A stretch of 62,891 bases of DNA, the filler included, from Folioceros fuciformis (taxonomy: Eukaryota): NCBI GenBank assembly GCA_049999805.1. It is 10 parts of 10 records of this genome, joined end to end, with 100 filler letters (N's around TTAATTAATTAA, not from the genome) between each part and the next. Parts side by side here need not be neighbours in the genome. Positions count along the whole stretch, not along the records: positions 20,833 to 29,535 come from JBNGIO010000888.1; positions 29,636 to 31,267 come from JBNGIO010000889.1; positions 31,368 to 36,592 come from JBNGIO010000890.1; positions 36,693 to 41,816 come from JBNGIO010000891.1; 6 more parts are not named here. The stretch is one strand, 5' to 3'. The notes beneath the pieces were generated by a model. That model was given only the letters and a program-made list of their open reading frames with translations, was not told where the DNA came from and searched no databases. Positions 26,716-40,000 of this stretch are shown piece by piece. Position numbers and translations under genes: made by a program. Position 1 is the stretch's first letter. The number at the start of each line of letters is the position of its first letter.

Positions 26716-27924
26716 TGGTAGTAAGCATACGGCCATGTACATGGCCATACTCAAATTCAATGGAAAAGAATGCTATGGCAATTTGCCGCTTGGATCCTCA
26801 ATCAATGGCAGCATTGCAAAACATGAAGGCATGAACTAAACTATATTTCTTCAAGTCCACTTCTTCCCCCTATTCCACATCAATGTAGACCAAAAGTTGG
26901 GGGAAGAAGGCTAGAATTGTGTTGCCGCCACTAGGTCCATGGTGTTGGGGTCTGTAGGGCCATGGTCTCCTTGAGGTAATGCAAGGTGCGCTTGAGGGTA
27001 AACCAATCATGGGGTCTTGATAAGCCATCTCTTGGGAGAGGACATGAATAGCAAGCTCCATATTAGACCTCGTGTTCACACAAATCTAGTTAGTTCTTTT
27101 GGGGCAGGGATGGTCTCCATGTACTTGTACTCCTCGTCAATCTTGGATACCTAGTTCGATAGCAAGATTGCACCAACAACGAGTAGGGTTGGTCAAGGTT
27201 TGCACTCAAGCATGTTGTATTAGGTTAGTTTAAGTGTTCTTGATGTATTGCATTTGAGTGAGGTGCAATGTCCCAAAGTGCACAATTGCTACTAACTTCC
27301 ATAGTAATACTCTAATAAATATTACCTAAGTTAGCCATGCTAAACTTTAACTTAGGCATGAGGATGACCTTATTGAGAAGCCCTTGCTTATTTTTATTAG
27401 TGAGGATGTAGTCATTCCCATATAAGACGAGGATGAAAGTACATAAGATGAAAAGAAGACCCTCGTCTTTTGAGGGCCAGGTTCTTCATTCATTAATTCA
27501 AGACTACTCTTGCTTTTAGATTTCTATGGAAGCTGTTTCTTGCAATTTCATGTAATAATGCATTCAAATGCCTTATGCACTTGATCCATGTGTCATGCTA
27601 CAACGAGTTGAATATGGTCTCCATTTATAGCCAAGCTTAAGTTAAACATCTCAAGAAGTAAAACACGCCAAGAGTTAAACTACTTGTTTACCGTTTACAT
27701 CGCAAGAAGAAAGATAAGGACTAGCTAAGATGAGCTTATATGTTTACCACAAAGGTATGCTAAAAGATTAAAAAATAACTGTAAATTTTTTTAAAAAGAA
27801 AAATTATCAAAAAAGGGGAAAGGAATTGAAATATTTCTTTAGGGAATCATGAGCACTTGTGTTATCATTCCTTAAAAAATGAGAATGTTTTGAAAAAAAA
27901 TGAATTATTTTGTCAAGCATGCGC

Positions 27925-28320
27925 TGATTAGCATGCCTAAGTTCTACCTCCTAGCATGCACTTGGGTGCGCCGGTGGGCTCTTGGCATGTACTTAGGTGT
28001 GCCAATGGGCTTCTAGTATGCACTTTGGTACGCTAGCCTGTTCCTAGCACGCATTTGGGCATGCTAGCTTGCTTCTAACACGCACCTAGGCACTTTAGCT
28101 TGCTCCTAGCATGCACTTGGTCACACTAGCCCACTCCAGGTATGCACTTGGCACACTAGCCCGCTGTTGGTGTACAATTGGGTGCACTAGCCAACTTCCA
28201 ACACACAAAAGTGCGTGCTACCTGATTCTTAACATGCACTTACGAGTGCTCATAGGCTCTTAGTGCACACTTGGATGCACTAAGTGGGCTTCCAACATGT
28301 GGTTGAGCACGCTAATAGGT
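27925..28320. repeat. Degenerate minisatellite, about 31-bp unit, about 12 copies
   Basis: Recurring ctagcatgcacttgg(g)..c(a/g)ctagc..cttc. Confidence 0.75.
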
Positions 28321-29079
28321 TGGTCTAAAGCCTCTCAAACATCAGAAGAGAAAATAGATGATGAAACCCTAGAAATGGTATCATCGACCTTTCAATCACC
28401 CATTTGTAGAAGCATTGAAGGTCACTAATGTTGTTTATATTACCCATGCACTTGTAAAGAATAGTTTTTTAAGAATAAAAATTGAATAGCTCATAATATG
28501 TGGCTTTAGGGCAATATTAGCATAAATTGTTGAGCATTAGTTTGCACTACTTTCAAAAAGTAACGCAAACTTATACAAGTCATGCAACAATAACCAACCT
28601 AAATTTTATAGAAAATATCTTTGAGACACAACACATACTAAAATTCCCGTAAGTAAAAGCTACAAATATGTTGATCAGTGTTATTTATAGAGCTTATAAC
28701 CAAAACATCCATATCATATTGAAATTCTTTGTCAAGACGCACGAAAGACATCATGGAATATCTACAAATATGAATAAAATAACAAATAAAGATTCGAAAT
28801 GGAAGGAGATTATTGTGATTTTTCACTAAAACACTTTTTCACAAGAGAAACTTCTTTCTTCCTATGTTCTGTTTCTAAAATAAATATTCTATTTATTTTA
28901 GAAAAATAAGATGAGAAAACCTATCTACCCCTAAAGAGGGAGACAAATCGCCAAAAGCAACTAGGACACTAGAGGTTAACCCTGAGCCCGCAAAATGTGA
29001 TAACAAATCTAATCTCAAAGTTCTCATATAAACCATTAGATGAGTACTTAGAGAATACACATGCCAAGAGGAATTTGTC

Positions 29080-29310
29080 CATGTAGACATTCCAATCCTT
29101 GGTGAATTGCTTAAGGTCATATTTGTTGCACTAAAGCAAGTATTTGAGATGTTCACGACCATGTTTATCATAACCTTCAGGTTGATACATGTATATCTCC
29201 TCTTCAAGCTTACCATAAATAATTGTTGTTTTGGCCTCATGTTGTACTATCTCTTAAGCATGATAGGTAACTTGAAGAAGGATATATATGCTAACTGCTC
29301 CCTAGTGTTT
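29080..29310 (-). mobile_element. Degraded Copia RT fragment
   Basis: Minus-strand AKTTIIYGKLEEEIYMYQPEGY (~DVKTAFLHGxLEEEIYMxQPEG). Confidence 0.7.
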
Positions 29311-29635
29311 TAGAGGTTTTATATAGCCTATTAGTTAATGATAAGTTATTAGCAGATAAGCTACATGTATGGATATAAACAGACATGCCTATTCGTTAAT
29401 AGTTATGCCACACAACGAGAAGGTCTAATTGTGTCTCACCTCTACATAGTGTTTAAAAAGTAACTTAGTTTTTTGTTTTAATCAATTCAATGTATTTTTT
29501 TTCAATATATATAATTACGTAAATACAATTGATGTNNNNNNNNNNNNNNNNNNNNNNNNNNNNNNNNNNNNNNNNNNNNTTAATTAATTAANNNNNNNNN
29601 NNNNNNNNNNNNNNNNNNNNNNNNNNNNNNNNNNN

Positions 29636-30100
29636 TGTATAAAGGTGTGTGGGGGCCTCGTCAGCTGGTCCTCAAAGAAGCAAACAGAAATGCGATAGCC
29701 AACAAGACAATCAGTCTCAGTTACATCCCCACAGATGACAATACAGCTGATTTACTGACCAAGGCTCTAACCAAAGAAAAACATAACTTGCATGTTGTTG
29801 GACTTGGCTTGAAACACAGGTCTGACATTGAAGCCGAGAAGAAAGAGGATGAAGTGATCAAGTAAAGACTGACGGCTACGACTAAGTGGGGGTGCAAAGT
29901 GAAGCCTAGGAATAGTCTAGCGTCAGCTAGTCAACAACTAGGTTAAGCTAAATAAGCTTAGTTAGGGTTAGAAAGTCAAGATGTGAAAAGACACATGACT
30001 ACAAAATACCTAACCACCATAGCACATGACACAAGACAAAAAGAGTTTTGCTTGTTTGATACATGTGATCATTTTTCCTAAGTGAGATTGCTTCTCCTGT
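29636..30100 (+). mobile_element. Copia RNase H C-terminus, PPT and start of 3' LTR
   Basis: ISLSYIPTDDNTADLLTKAL..GL, then PPT AAGTGGGGG followed by TG at about 29893. The right boundary is approximate. Confidence 0.7.
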
Positions 30101-31367
30101 TTTTGTAGCGACGGTGTTGACGTATCGGTGGAGCTATTCTAGAGCAGTGGAGGTGACCGTCGCCAACTCCCGAAGACATGGGGCGGACCCAACTTCCGCC
30201 GAAGCAAGGTGACCTCACGTGGTCTTCTTGGGTCTCGAGGTCGGTCAGTTGCACCTACAACTCTTCAGCCTTGGTCCGGAAGCCATTCGCTCGATCTACG
30301 AGATGCTTCCTCTCCTGCTCTTAGACTTGTCCATGACTTTGCATGGTTTCGCAGGTCTGGGAGAGTTTGGCCTTCAATGCTCGAACCTCTTGGTGGGCGG
30401 CCTCTTCCGCTGTCTGCAAGGTCCGTAACTTACCCCGCATCTCTTCCACCAGCTGGACTCCTTCGACCAACTTGCGAAAGGTTTCCTTCTCCGCTTTGAG
30501 GGCCCGGTTGCGCTCCTTCCTATAACGATCCCGGTCTGCCGTATGCTGCCTACAAGCAGCCAAGGAGTCCGCATCCCACTTCCTCCATGCCTGACATTTG
30601 TTGGCATGGATGGCTTCCATCTCGGTCCGCAACCGTTCGAGCTATCCCTGTGTCGCTCCGAGCTAGTTCTCTAGGTCCCGGCCAGTGATTTGGGACTTTA
30701 AGTCCATCAATTCCTGTAAGTACTTGTCACGCTCTGCCCGGTACCTTGCGGACTCCTTGTCACTCACCCAGAGGCAAGAGACCCGCAGTGTGGGTCTCGT
30801 TCGTTGGCAGACTGCCCGAAAACTTGAATGTGGAGTTACGCCAAAGCACTAAGCGGACTCGCAGGGTCCCAGAGGAGTCCTATGGACATACCACCCCGTT
30901 CGGCAAACTCTGTTTGGTAGGTCGGAGATGGCAGAGGTGGGGTGTGGCGTGAAGGGCAAGTGGGGGTAGAGGTCGTGGAGGGGGAACATGAAATGGAAGA
31001 GGTGTAGGAGAATGTGTTGGTTCGGGTGTTTACCTCATGGTTTTCCTGATTGATCATTGCAGCAAAACTCATCGGGTATGTCCCTCGAACGTCAGAGTCA
31101 TTCCACGGTCGCTTCTAAGAAACACATATTCAATCGCTAGACTTGGAAGGGGGAAGAAACTTAGACACTGGGAAGTGGATCTAGTAAGGAGCGGTATTCC
31201 CTCGACGATGGAAGTCGGGGAAGGCGCTCCAGGGATGGTAGGCGAGCAAGTGGGGGGGGGGGGGGAANNNNNNNNNNNNNNNNNNNNNNNNNNNNNNNNN
31301 NNNNNNNNNNNTTAATTAATTAANNNNNNNNNNNNNNNNNNNNNNNNNNNNNNNNNNNNNNNNNNNN

Positions 31368-31659
31368 ACGCAGATCTGAGAGGTTAGAGTCGTTGTAGTG
31401 ACTGGAGTGAGTTCGTGGGCACCGAGAGAGGTGCAGCTGACCGCCGGACAGCGAGGCCTGTCCTACGCCTGATCGGAGCTGGAGGGGAGCCCTCAAATCC
31501 GTCATCGAGTCGATCAAGTCCGACCCTCCATCCACAGCAGCAAGGAACCCCATCGCTCCTTCGTGGGAACGAAACCCAATGTCTCAACGACAGTGGGATA
31601 AGTGTGGCCACTAAAGGTGGAACCCGTCGACAATCAGTGCCCGGGGTTTTGCCTCCACA
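31368..31659 (-). mobile_element. LTR of a young retroelement family (starts TGTGGAGGCAAAACCC), copy 1
   Basis: Reverse complement is nearly identical to 43623-43914. Confidence 0.8.
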
Positions 31660-34600
31660 TCCAGCCACCTCCAGACGCTTGGTCTGGCCACCAATTCGCC
31701 CAAAGTACCATGGTCCAAGGAGACTTACCCAAGTCTTATTCACAAGCTAAGTTGTTTCACTCGCACTTCCACAAAAACAAAATCACAACCTGCGTATTCT
31801 GTCTCTCAAAATGGGAGTTCCAAAAGTTTTTTTCCTCTACATACTCCCCTTCTCACTTGTTGGCGTCCTCGCCAACCTCAGCACAATACTTCTTCACTCG
31901 TCAACCGTTGACCCTGGTTGGCAGTGGCTGCCCATCCAATTGCTGCAACCAAATGGATGCATTCTCTAAGCTTGCCTAGAAAATGCATGTATCTATTGTC
32001 ATACAGCAGTGCCAAGTCCCCTGGTTCTACCCACTCTTGTTTCCACAGTCGGTTGTCATGCGATGCTTTCTTCTTTGCCTGTACCTCCTGCATGACAACC
32101 AGTGCTTGTTCTCTGTCTTCTATGTGTCTCACCAGGCTGACCAGTCTGTCCAGGTAACTCCCCTCAACAAACATGTGGTAAGGCTCCTCTCCTTCGTGTA
32201 AATCAGTTAGCACCTGCAGGATTTGTGCCTCCATTATCCACAGCCTGTCTCTTCCGTCCAGCCCCAAAGCATGTTGCTGTTGCTTCCAAAGATCTGAGGG
32301 ACTGCTCCCCAACTCCACGAACTCAGATGTTTCACTGTAAGTAGGCCTGGCGGGTCTCCCCTTCTCATTTCCTGCTGCACTACCATTGCTCGTTCTCTTC
32401 ACATTCGGTGCAGCGGCTTCCTCCTCTGGCCCTGCTGCGAATAGAGCTTCATTGGAAAAATCCTCCTCCTTATCACAAGCCTCCTCCTCCATCTTCAGCT
32501 GTGAGATAAAATCAGCGTTCACATGTTTGCAGACCTCTTCAAGCTCTTCAGGGTCTTGGTTTGGTGGTCTGCCCCCTGTTCAGCTACTGTCTCCACACCT
32601 TCTGCATCCGCCCCACCATTGTCCACGACTGGCGTTCCTCCTTCCTCTACCGCGGTAGTCCCTTCGGCTACCTTGGTAGTAACTTCTGCAACAGTGAAGT
32701 CAACTGTCACTCCATAATAACTCACCAGGTGGGGGATGTTCCTCTGGTAGTTCCTCTCCTCATCCGACCAAGAAATGTGGGTGAATGGGAACCTCTTTTT
32801 CTCATCCTCCCCTCCAATCGTGTCTTCTGCAGAAGTGTAGTCAATGGTCTCCTAGGTGTTTTTCCTACATATGGATCCCGACTCCAGGACAAGCATGTCC
32901 TTCCTTCTTTATCCTTGGGATCCCATTCTAGAGGTCTAAAGCTTACTTCCTTCCTTCCCCACTTGAAGATACAACGCGCTACATACATCCACGTCCGGCC
33001 AATCAGCACATCATATCCAGGAGCTTTCTGTTTGATGACCACATAGTCCATGAGGTACGGAATGGTACCAATATGGGTCAGCACTCCAGTTATCTCCCCT
33101 ACAGGTGACATCCTAGACATATCTGTGAGTTGCAACACCTTACCCGTGTGTTGTATCTCTAGCCCCAGCTTCCGGGCTGTATCCTCCGTCATGATGTTGA
33201 CCCTAGAACCAATATCCAGCGGTACCTTCTTGATTATACACCCCGAGATCTATCTGCAACTCCACAGGACCTTGATTAGCCATGGCCACTAGGTTCATAG
33301 CAAGTGGCTTCTTCCTTACCCTAGGAAGACTCCGCTTCTTCTTGGGTTGGGCTACCTTCAATGCTCTCCGAATTTGCTGGTGGTATCGCGGGTTGTCTTT
33401 GAGAAGCTCTCCCAATGTTACCATGAGCTTGTGGTCCATGACAGCCTTGGCAAGATTGAAGGCCTCGTTTACCTGTCCTCTCCCCTTCTCAGCGCTTGCA
33501 CTACTTCGCGCTTCAGCAACCTTGGTAGCTCCTCTCCCCTTCTCAGCGCTTGCACTACCCCTAGCTTCAGCAACCATGGTAGCTCCTCCAGGTACAGCGG
33601 TAGTGGAATCAGGTACGGAGGTAGTGGACTCAGGATGACCAGAAACTGGTATAGATGAAATAGTCGAGGTCTGCTTCAGTTCCCCTCGAATCATCTCCAT
33701 CACCTCCTCTCTGACATCTGGCGGAAACACTCACTTGTCGAGATTTTTCTCCTGAGTGTTTTCCGCCAAACCTCGCATCTCCGTTTTTTAACTTCCTAGC
33801 CCCTGCACCTTGCCACTAGCATTTGCTCCGACGTCCATGCTTCGCTCCTCATTCCCCAGACCCGTACGATTCCCCCTTGGTCCGCTTGGCTGGGTTGCTG
33901 CACCAGAACATCGGGTTGCAGGCGCCTCCACTACCACCTCTTCAGCTACCGGGGTCGAGGATTCCGCTACCGGTGTTATCTCTCCTCTACCGGTAGCCGC
34001 TTTGGCTACCTGCATTGCTGCTCCACTATTGGTAGCCCCTTCAGCTACCAGTGTTGTCGTTTGACTACCTCGCCTGGTCTTGCCCTTCCCCTTCACCAGT
34101 TCTCCTCTCCTGGAAGCATCCACCTTTTTGTTGGCATCCCGTTTCTCCCTCCACGTTCGGACAGCCATAGCTGGTGTCTCCTCATAATACCCACTATCTA
34201 GGTCCTCCAAGCCCTCCAGACTTCTCAGCATGTTGGCTTCAGCGTCCTCCCACACCGCTATGAGTGCATTTTGGACATGCATCGCTGGTACTGAATTTTG
34301 CCCCATGGATGGTGGGGTTGCTGTAACTGGAGGTTGAGCAATTCCCACATGCTTCTTCAGTGGCTGGCAAAGGATAGCCTTCCATATGCCCTGGCTGATT
34401 GCAGTCCATACATAGCCTCTCAAACTCACTGTCCCCTTGACAAGTTACTGAAGGACAACTGTGACGAATTGCTGAAGGACAACGGCTTGCAAGATGCCCA
34501 ATTCCTTGGCAATTGTAGTAAGGGATAGCATTTAGTTGTCCAGTTGGCCTCACCACCTGATTTCGCATCCCCATGCCCACAGGACTCCGTAGATTCGCAG

Positions 34601-35420
34601 GGTATTGAGTCTTCGGCTACCCATAAATTGGGGTTGCCTCATGAATATGGAATGTGTCAGCCAGGTACGTTCCTTCCTCCTCTTCCTCATAGTCCAGAAG
34701 CTGCACTGTCATCTCCTCCAGTTCAGCCATCATCTCTTCCATCCTTGCTTCCACCTTGGCCGCCTTCTCCACTTCCCTCCTCACCTGTTCAGCATCCTTT
34801 CTTGCACTTACAAGATCCTGTTTTGACTTCACCAGCTCCTTCCTTCGGGTGTGGCGCTTCCACTCCGCTTCAATTCTTGATTTGTTCTTTTTCTTTCTCC
34901 GGCTGTGCTCATCACTCGACAAATCTCCCTCCGAGCTGTTGCTGGTTTCTTCCTCCGTGGAGTTGTCTGAGGAGTCTTGGGAAGAGCTCTCTTCCTCCGT
35001 TGAATCATCATCCGAGGACGAGGAGTACTTCTTGGTTTTCTTGGATTTCTTCTTGTCTCCTCGGCCCTTCCCCTCATCCTTCCTTGATTTCTTCCTCTCC
35101 TCCGCATGGGACTCTTCGTAGTTCAGGGCAACCCTGATTGCTCGGTCCAAATCCCTCTCAGTTCGGAGCCGTACGTGCTTCCCAATCGCTGTGCCTAGGC
35201 CCTTAGCAAACCAGCGTATTGCCATGCTCTCTGAATGGGGGCCAGCACAGTCCCGCAAGCTATGGAATCTTTCCACATAGGCCTACAACGTCTCCCTTTG
35301 CTTCCTTCGCAGCCTCTCGAGCTTGGACAGGACGTATCCCTCAACATCCACTCCTCCAAACCTCTCATAGAAAGTTCTCTTCAATGCTTGGAAGGTGGTT
35401 GGAGGTGTGGACGACTTGAG
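31660..35420 (-). mobile_element. Degraded Ty3/Gypsy-type element: gag, zinc knuckles, protease, integrase tail; no RT/RNaseH detected
   Basis: Gag ERFHSLR..RWFAKGL..LDRAIRVALNYE, knuckles YNCQGIGHLASRCP and CMDCNQPGH, protease VPLDIGSRVNIM..YDVLIGRTWM, integrase C-terminus EPGDLALLYDNRYMHFLGKLR. Stops and frameshifts throughout. Confidence 0.8.
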
Positions 35421-35440
35421 GTACTCCCACTTGTACCACT

Positions 35441-35668
35441 TGGTTGAGTTGGAATATAAGGCAGATCACGTGGTTTTGTATTACGTTGGTTAGCCTAACT
35501 AGATATAGTTATAAGTGTAGTTAGTTAACTGGCAGGTTAGTCAAAGGGCACACCCCTTCGTAAACTGCTGCTTAAGGCCTACCTTTGTATCCACGTAATT
35601 AATTTGCTTATAGATCATTTTCAATGCATTTGCTTCCGCGTTAGCAATTCTAACTTGGTATCAGAGCC
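35441..35668 (+). mobile_element. Short LTR-like segment with tRNA-iMet primer-binding site, inserted at the Gypsy gag
   Basis: PBS TGGTATCAGAGCC at 35656-35668, following an AT-rich segment of about 215 bp. Confidence 0.6.
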
Positions 35669-36548
35669 ACGGCTCAGATGGCCTATGTTTATTATGCCTA
35701 GAAGATTGCTTGCCTTAGAATGTCTAGGTAGCATAGTGTCTTGGCTGTGAATATGCCTATCAAAAAAAAAAATCTTTTTTGAGAAAAGAATTAAAAAAAA
35801 ACTTAATGCATGGGGTTGGTCCCCCATCTTGGTACTGATTGGAGACCAAGGCACTTAACACTAGTGTTTTGATAGAAGTCTGGCTAACAGCCTCCTATCA
35901 ACCTCCTACGTTTGCAATCTGCTTTCGTGCAGATATGAACAGACAGAAGCCTGTATGATTCTTCGAAATAAAGGGAGAGGCATTCTGCCTCTCCCCTGCA
36001 ATTCGTCACGTGCGACATTCCTGCCCGATCATGGCCAGAAGACGGCGCCAGACGGATCGATCTCCTCGTCTTCTTCATGCAAGATTGCCTAGGCCAACTC
36101 GCCTTGGATCAACTCCAATTCCTGCCCATCGAATCGCACCAAGGATGGTGCAATTTGTGGCAGGAGAGCTCCTGCTTTTCTTTGGCAATTTTGTTGGGGA
36201 GGATTCCAGCCGTTTTGCTTCGAATCATAAAATGATTTCTAGACAGGACCTCCACCTTACCAGTAGGACCCGAGCACTTGGCCATAATCGCACCCGTGCT
36301 TGCACCTGCACACCAAGATCAAGCCCAAAATTTGATTGTCTTCAACACGGTTTTTCAGAAGATGATGAAGTCCCATGGGCATCTCGGAGCCTTCTGCCAC
36401 TTCCTGAGGAGCAGACAATCAATAATTCAATCTTCTCTAATCCTGTAGGACGAGGATCTGTGAGGATTTGTCCAGATTGTGGTGGATTTGCTTCTGCCTA
36501 GGTGCACGGGCAAATTGGAAATCCAGGAGCTCAATTTAGCTTGATTAC

Positions 36549-36592
36549 TGTGGAGGCAAAACCCAGGGCACTGATTGCCGACGGGTCCCACC
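36549..36592 (+). mobile_element. Start of TGTGGAGG-family LTR, copy 2 (runs into gap)
   Basis: tgtggaggcaaaacccagggcactgattgccgacgggtcccacc matches 43623 onward. Confidence 0.8.
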
Positions 36593-37064
36593 NNNNNNNN
36601 NNNNNNNNNNNNNNNNNNNNNNNNNNNNNNNNNNNNTTAATTAATTAANNNNNNNNNNNNNNNNNNNNNNNNNNNNNNNNNNNNNNNNNNNNAGCAGAAG
36701 CTGTGAGAGGGGAAAAGGAGAAGAGAGCCTGTCTGTGTTCACGCCTGCCTACTCCAATCATTAGGTGCCAGGTGACAAGGAGCTGCCTGATGCGTGACGC
36801 TTCCAACCATGTGCAGGGTGAATGAGGTACCTGCAACCGTTATCCAGTCGCACAGTCCATTCTCACGTTCGGGTTCATTGCCCTTCAAGCTTCTGTGAAA
36901 GTCCGTAGACCGTTTAATGGGAGGCTAAGAAGAATCTCATATAGAACTCGTCTCAAGCAAGATGTGTATGCACGTATGCGAATGTACGTGTGGAGGTCCA
37001 TGCTAGGAGGTACGGCACACGTACCTCCTACCTGTGTATGGTCCTGAGGCAGCCCACGGGGAAG

Positions 37065-40000
37065 TCACAGATCCGGTTCGCAGGCCATCAGACGGAGGAA
37101 CTCTGCGCACAGAAGATCGGTGCCCGCTTGGAGGGTGCTGAGGGATGGGCTCCTGGGCTCATTTGTACCGCTCTCGAGCTTTCTCTTCGAGCCAGGTGGT
37201 GCGTAGGGAGAGGGAGATTCGGGTGTGCCCATCCTCTTCAGCTCCTGGAGGAACTGGGCTGCAAACTTGAGGACTTGGTTTGACATGTTCGGGGAGCAGT
37301 GCTTCGGGAGAAACTTGAACTCTGGTCTAGAGCACACACGCACGGAGAGAAAGGATGAGATTGCAGGGATGGATGGTTACCAGGACAAGATAATTGAAGG
37401 TGCCCTTGATGCTGGGAATGGCTTAATGACACGAAGAGGACTTCGTACCGCAATTGCATCCTTAGACACCGCTCCATGAGAACGAGATGCCTGGAGTCTT
37501 CGGCTCGAAGACTGAGAACTGCTTCTGTGTGGAAGCATGCTACAGCTATCTCAGCCCATGGTAGGCCTGGTGGGGTGAGGAATTTATGCACCTGCGCAGC
37601 GTGGGCATTGGTGGTAAGTCGGCTTTGATGTTCAGGTTGTCCCCGGCATTGCACCCAGACCATCAAACCCAACGTACCCTGTTATCAAGATGCTCGGAGT
37701 CATATCTGTCTTCCATTCCCAAAGCCAACTTGACCTTAGATGGTAGGTCTGACAGCTGTTCCTCAGTGGTGGTGGAGACCACTAGCTGGTCCTCTTTGGC
37801 CAATGGTAGACAAAACAAGATATGAATCAGAAGTTGGAACAAGTATGGTATGATGCAGCCAGGATCCTTCTAACCCCAAGTCATTCTTGCAGCATCAACC
37901 TTATCAGAACCCCAAGATAAATACCTGCCTCACATTCGATGCTCCTCTGTGCCTGATAGGCATCACTGAACTCATAGATTACAAGCTTAATCCTCGATAA
38001 CCATTGTGTGAATATGTTTGATAGATTGCCCTGTCCAGCTGCTACCGAGCGTGAACAGAGCTCATAGGATACACTCAGATACAAACACCCTCTCGGAATC
38101 ACCAATTTCTTTACCTTTGACGGATGTCTGCTTCTTGCTTGAGGTCGTTGCAGTTAATAACACATTCACATCGGCTGACGGCAGATACGCGAAACCCAAA
38201 AGAGGGGCAGCTGCCACCAGTTTCCCAGTATCTCCAGGTTGAAGTGATCCCAAGACAGAAGATTGTCCCACAGTTGCACCATGTTGTGAGGTTATGATGA
38301 GGCTCAAGTCCTCAAGTACTCTTCCCCTTCACAAGGCGTGTAAGTGTGAAACCCATGATAACCACACACCTTGAACGGAACGAAGTGATCTTATGAAGGA
38401 ACAAGATGCTCACTTGGGGAGCCTGCTTTCCAAGACGACAATAAGAAACCATGTGTGACCATGAACTTTCTGGTAGATTTCGGTGGCTCGTACAAGTTTG
38501 ACATCAGCCTCAACCCCGTCACGGCCATCATCCACATGATGCAGATCAGTTCCCATCCTCTGCATGCTCTGCAGACAAATACGTGCGGGTTCAGCTAGTA
38601 TCACAACTAGATAAATGGACGACAGTTGGATGACTGCCACAGAGTCTGAACCTGAATCAATCTGCATGAGGAGGCTAGCAGCTCTGTCTTCCGTGACATC
38701 TGATACAATAACCCGGAACCAGTGAGCAGTCATCCTTCTCTTCTCGAGCAACACATACTCAAGGTAAAAACAAACCTCTTGCTGGGCATCAGACAACTCC
38801 AATCTCCCAGCCTCCAGTCTTGAGTTCAAGGAGTTCAAAATAGAATCCGTTACAAAAGTGGGCATATCTTGGGGAACGACCGTCTCTGCAAAAGTTGGAC
38901 TTGCGGAGCAGGGCAAGCTAGCATCAAAGATGCATTACTACTGGCTGGGGGACAGTAGAGCCCACAGTCACGCCTGCAACACAAAGGGAATCAGTGGCAT
39001 ACCTGACTGTGAAAGCAGAACATTCGATCCAAGTTGGACAGAGATGATGAGATCTGTGACCACTATGTAGTTCTGCTCTTCCACGTAGCTTGCGGAGTTC
39101 CAGTAATCTGATCTCGGAAAGAGTATGATTTGGTCATGTCCTAGCAGGCGTACGTCACTCAGTACCACTCCAGATACGGATGTCCAAGCTGCGGTCCAGA
39201 GAGCATCGATCCTCATTTGTTAGGTCTGGAACCAGAATGTAGGACCCCAGACACAAGAAATGAATCCAAGAAGAACTAACACTGTAGCTTCTCGAGGGTC
39301 TCGGCACATATTGCTGCCACAGTCGATGCTGAATCCTTGAACTCTACAAGTAATACCCCTTGCCCACCTCCCACAACTGCGAAACGCCTACAGTACTCAG
39401 AATGTCATGGGTCACGGACAGAAAAGAGAATAGATGCAGCAGATGAATTGACAGGGATTGAAGAGGAGACTCACACACTGAATGGAACCTCCTCCAACTC
39501 CACCGTGGCCAACACTTTGCCATTTCTGTATCTGATCAGAGTCTTATCCACAGTCCCAAGAACAACATCAACCTCACAATCAGCGCCAAGCGCACAACCG
39601 TATCTCACCGGAGATGGCACAGCAACAATACAAGATATTGACGAGGGCTTGAGGCTGGCTGGACTCAGAGCATCACAGCTTCCTGTTACTAGATCACGGG
39701 CAGCAGTCCTCCACCCAGGAAGGATGATGGGATCAGCACAAGAGCTGGCCATCATCGCTGAATCCCCCAGACAATCAAGATGTAGGCTAAACCAAGAGCA
39801 CTCTTCTGCATAACCATGCTCGGCTGCACGAGAGCCCTTCCCACTACCATATGGACCCAAGATACATAGAGCTTCCGTTCCAACATCACGCCCCAAATTA
39901 CCACAGAACAGGAGCTTAAGGTCGATCTTATCCTTTCCGTGAGGCAGCAGCACTTGCGCCTTCCAGACGTGGCCAGCCACGCCATGAATGCTCGGTGCAG

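Larger units (their letters stand above)
25981..27300 (-). mobile_element. Degraded Ty1/Copia RT-RNaseH remnant with PPT
   Basis: Minus-strand remnants VNTRSNMELAIHVLSQ (~TRPDIAFAV), DWFTLKRTLHYLKET (~KRILRYLKGT) and ADIMATSLPHDKH (RNase H end). PPT-like TTGAGGGGCGAG at about 25981-25992. Confidence 0.65.

Noticed and set aside
26120-28320. Repeats of 31-38 bp considered as a CRISPR-like array
   Set aside because: Degenerate head-to-tail units with no unique spacers and no cas genes, in a eukaryotic TE context.
30150-31267. Coiled-coil-like minus-strand ORF fragments
   Set aside because: Stop-interrupted and embedded in TE debris. Probably a retroelement accessory remnant, but I cannot assign it.
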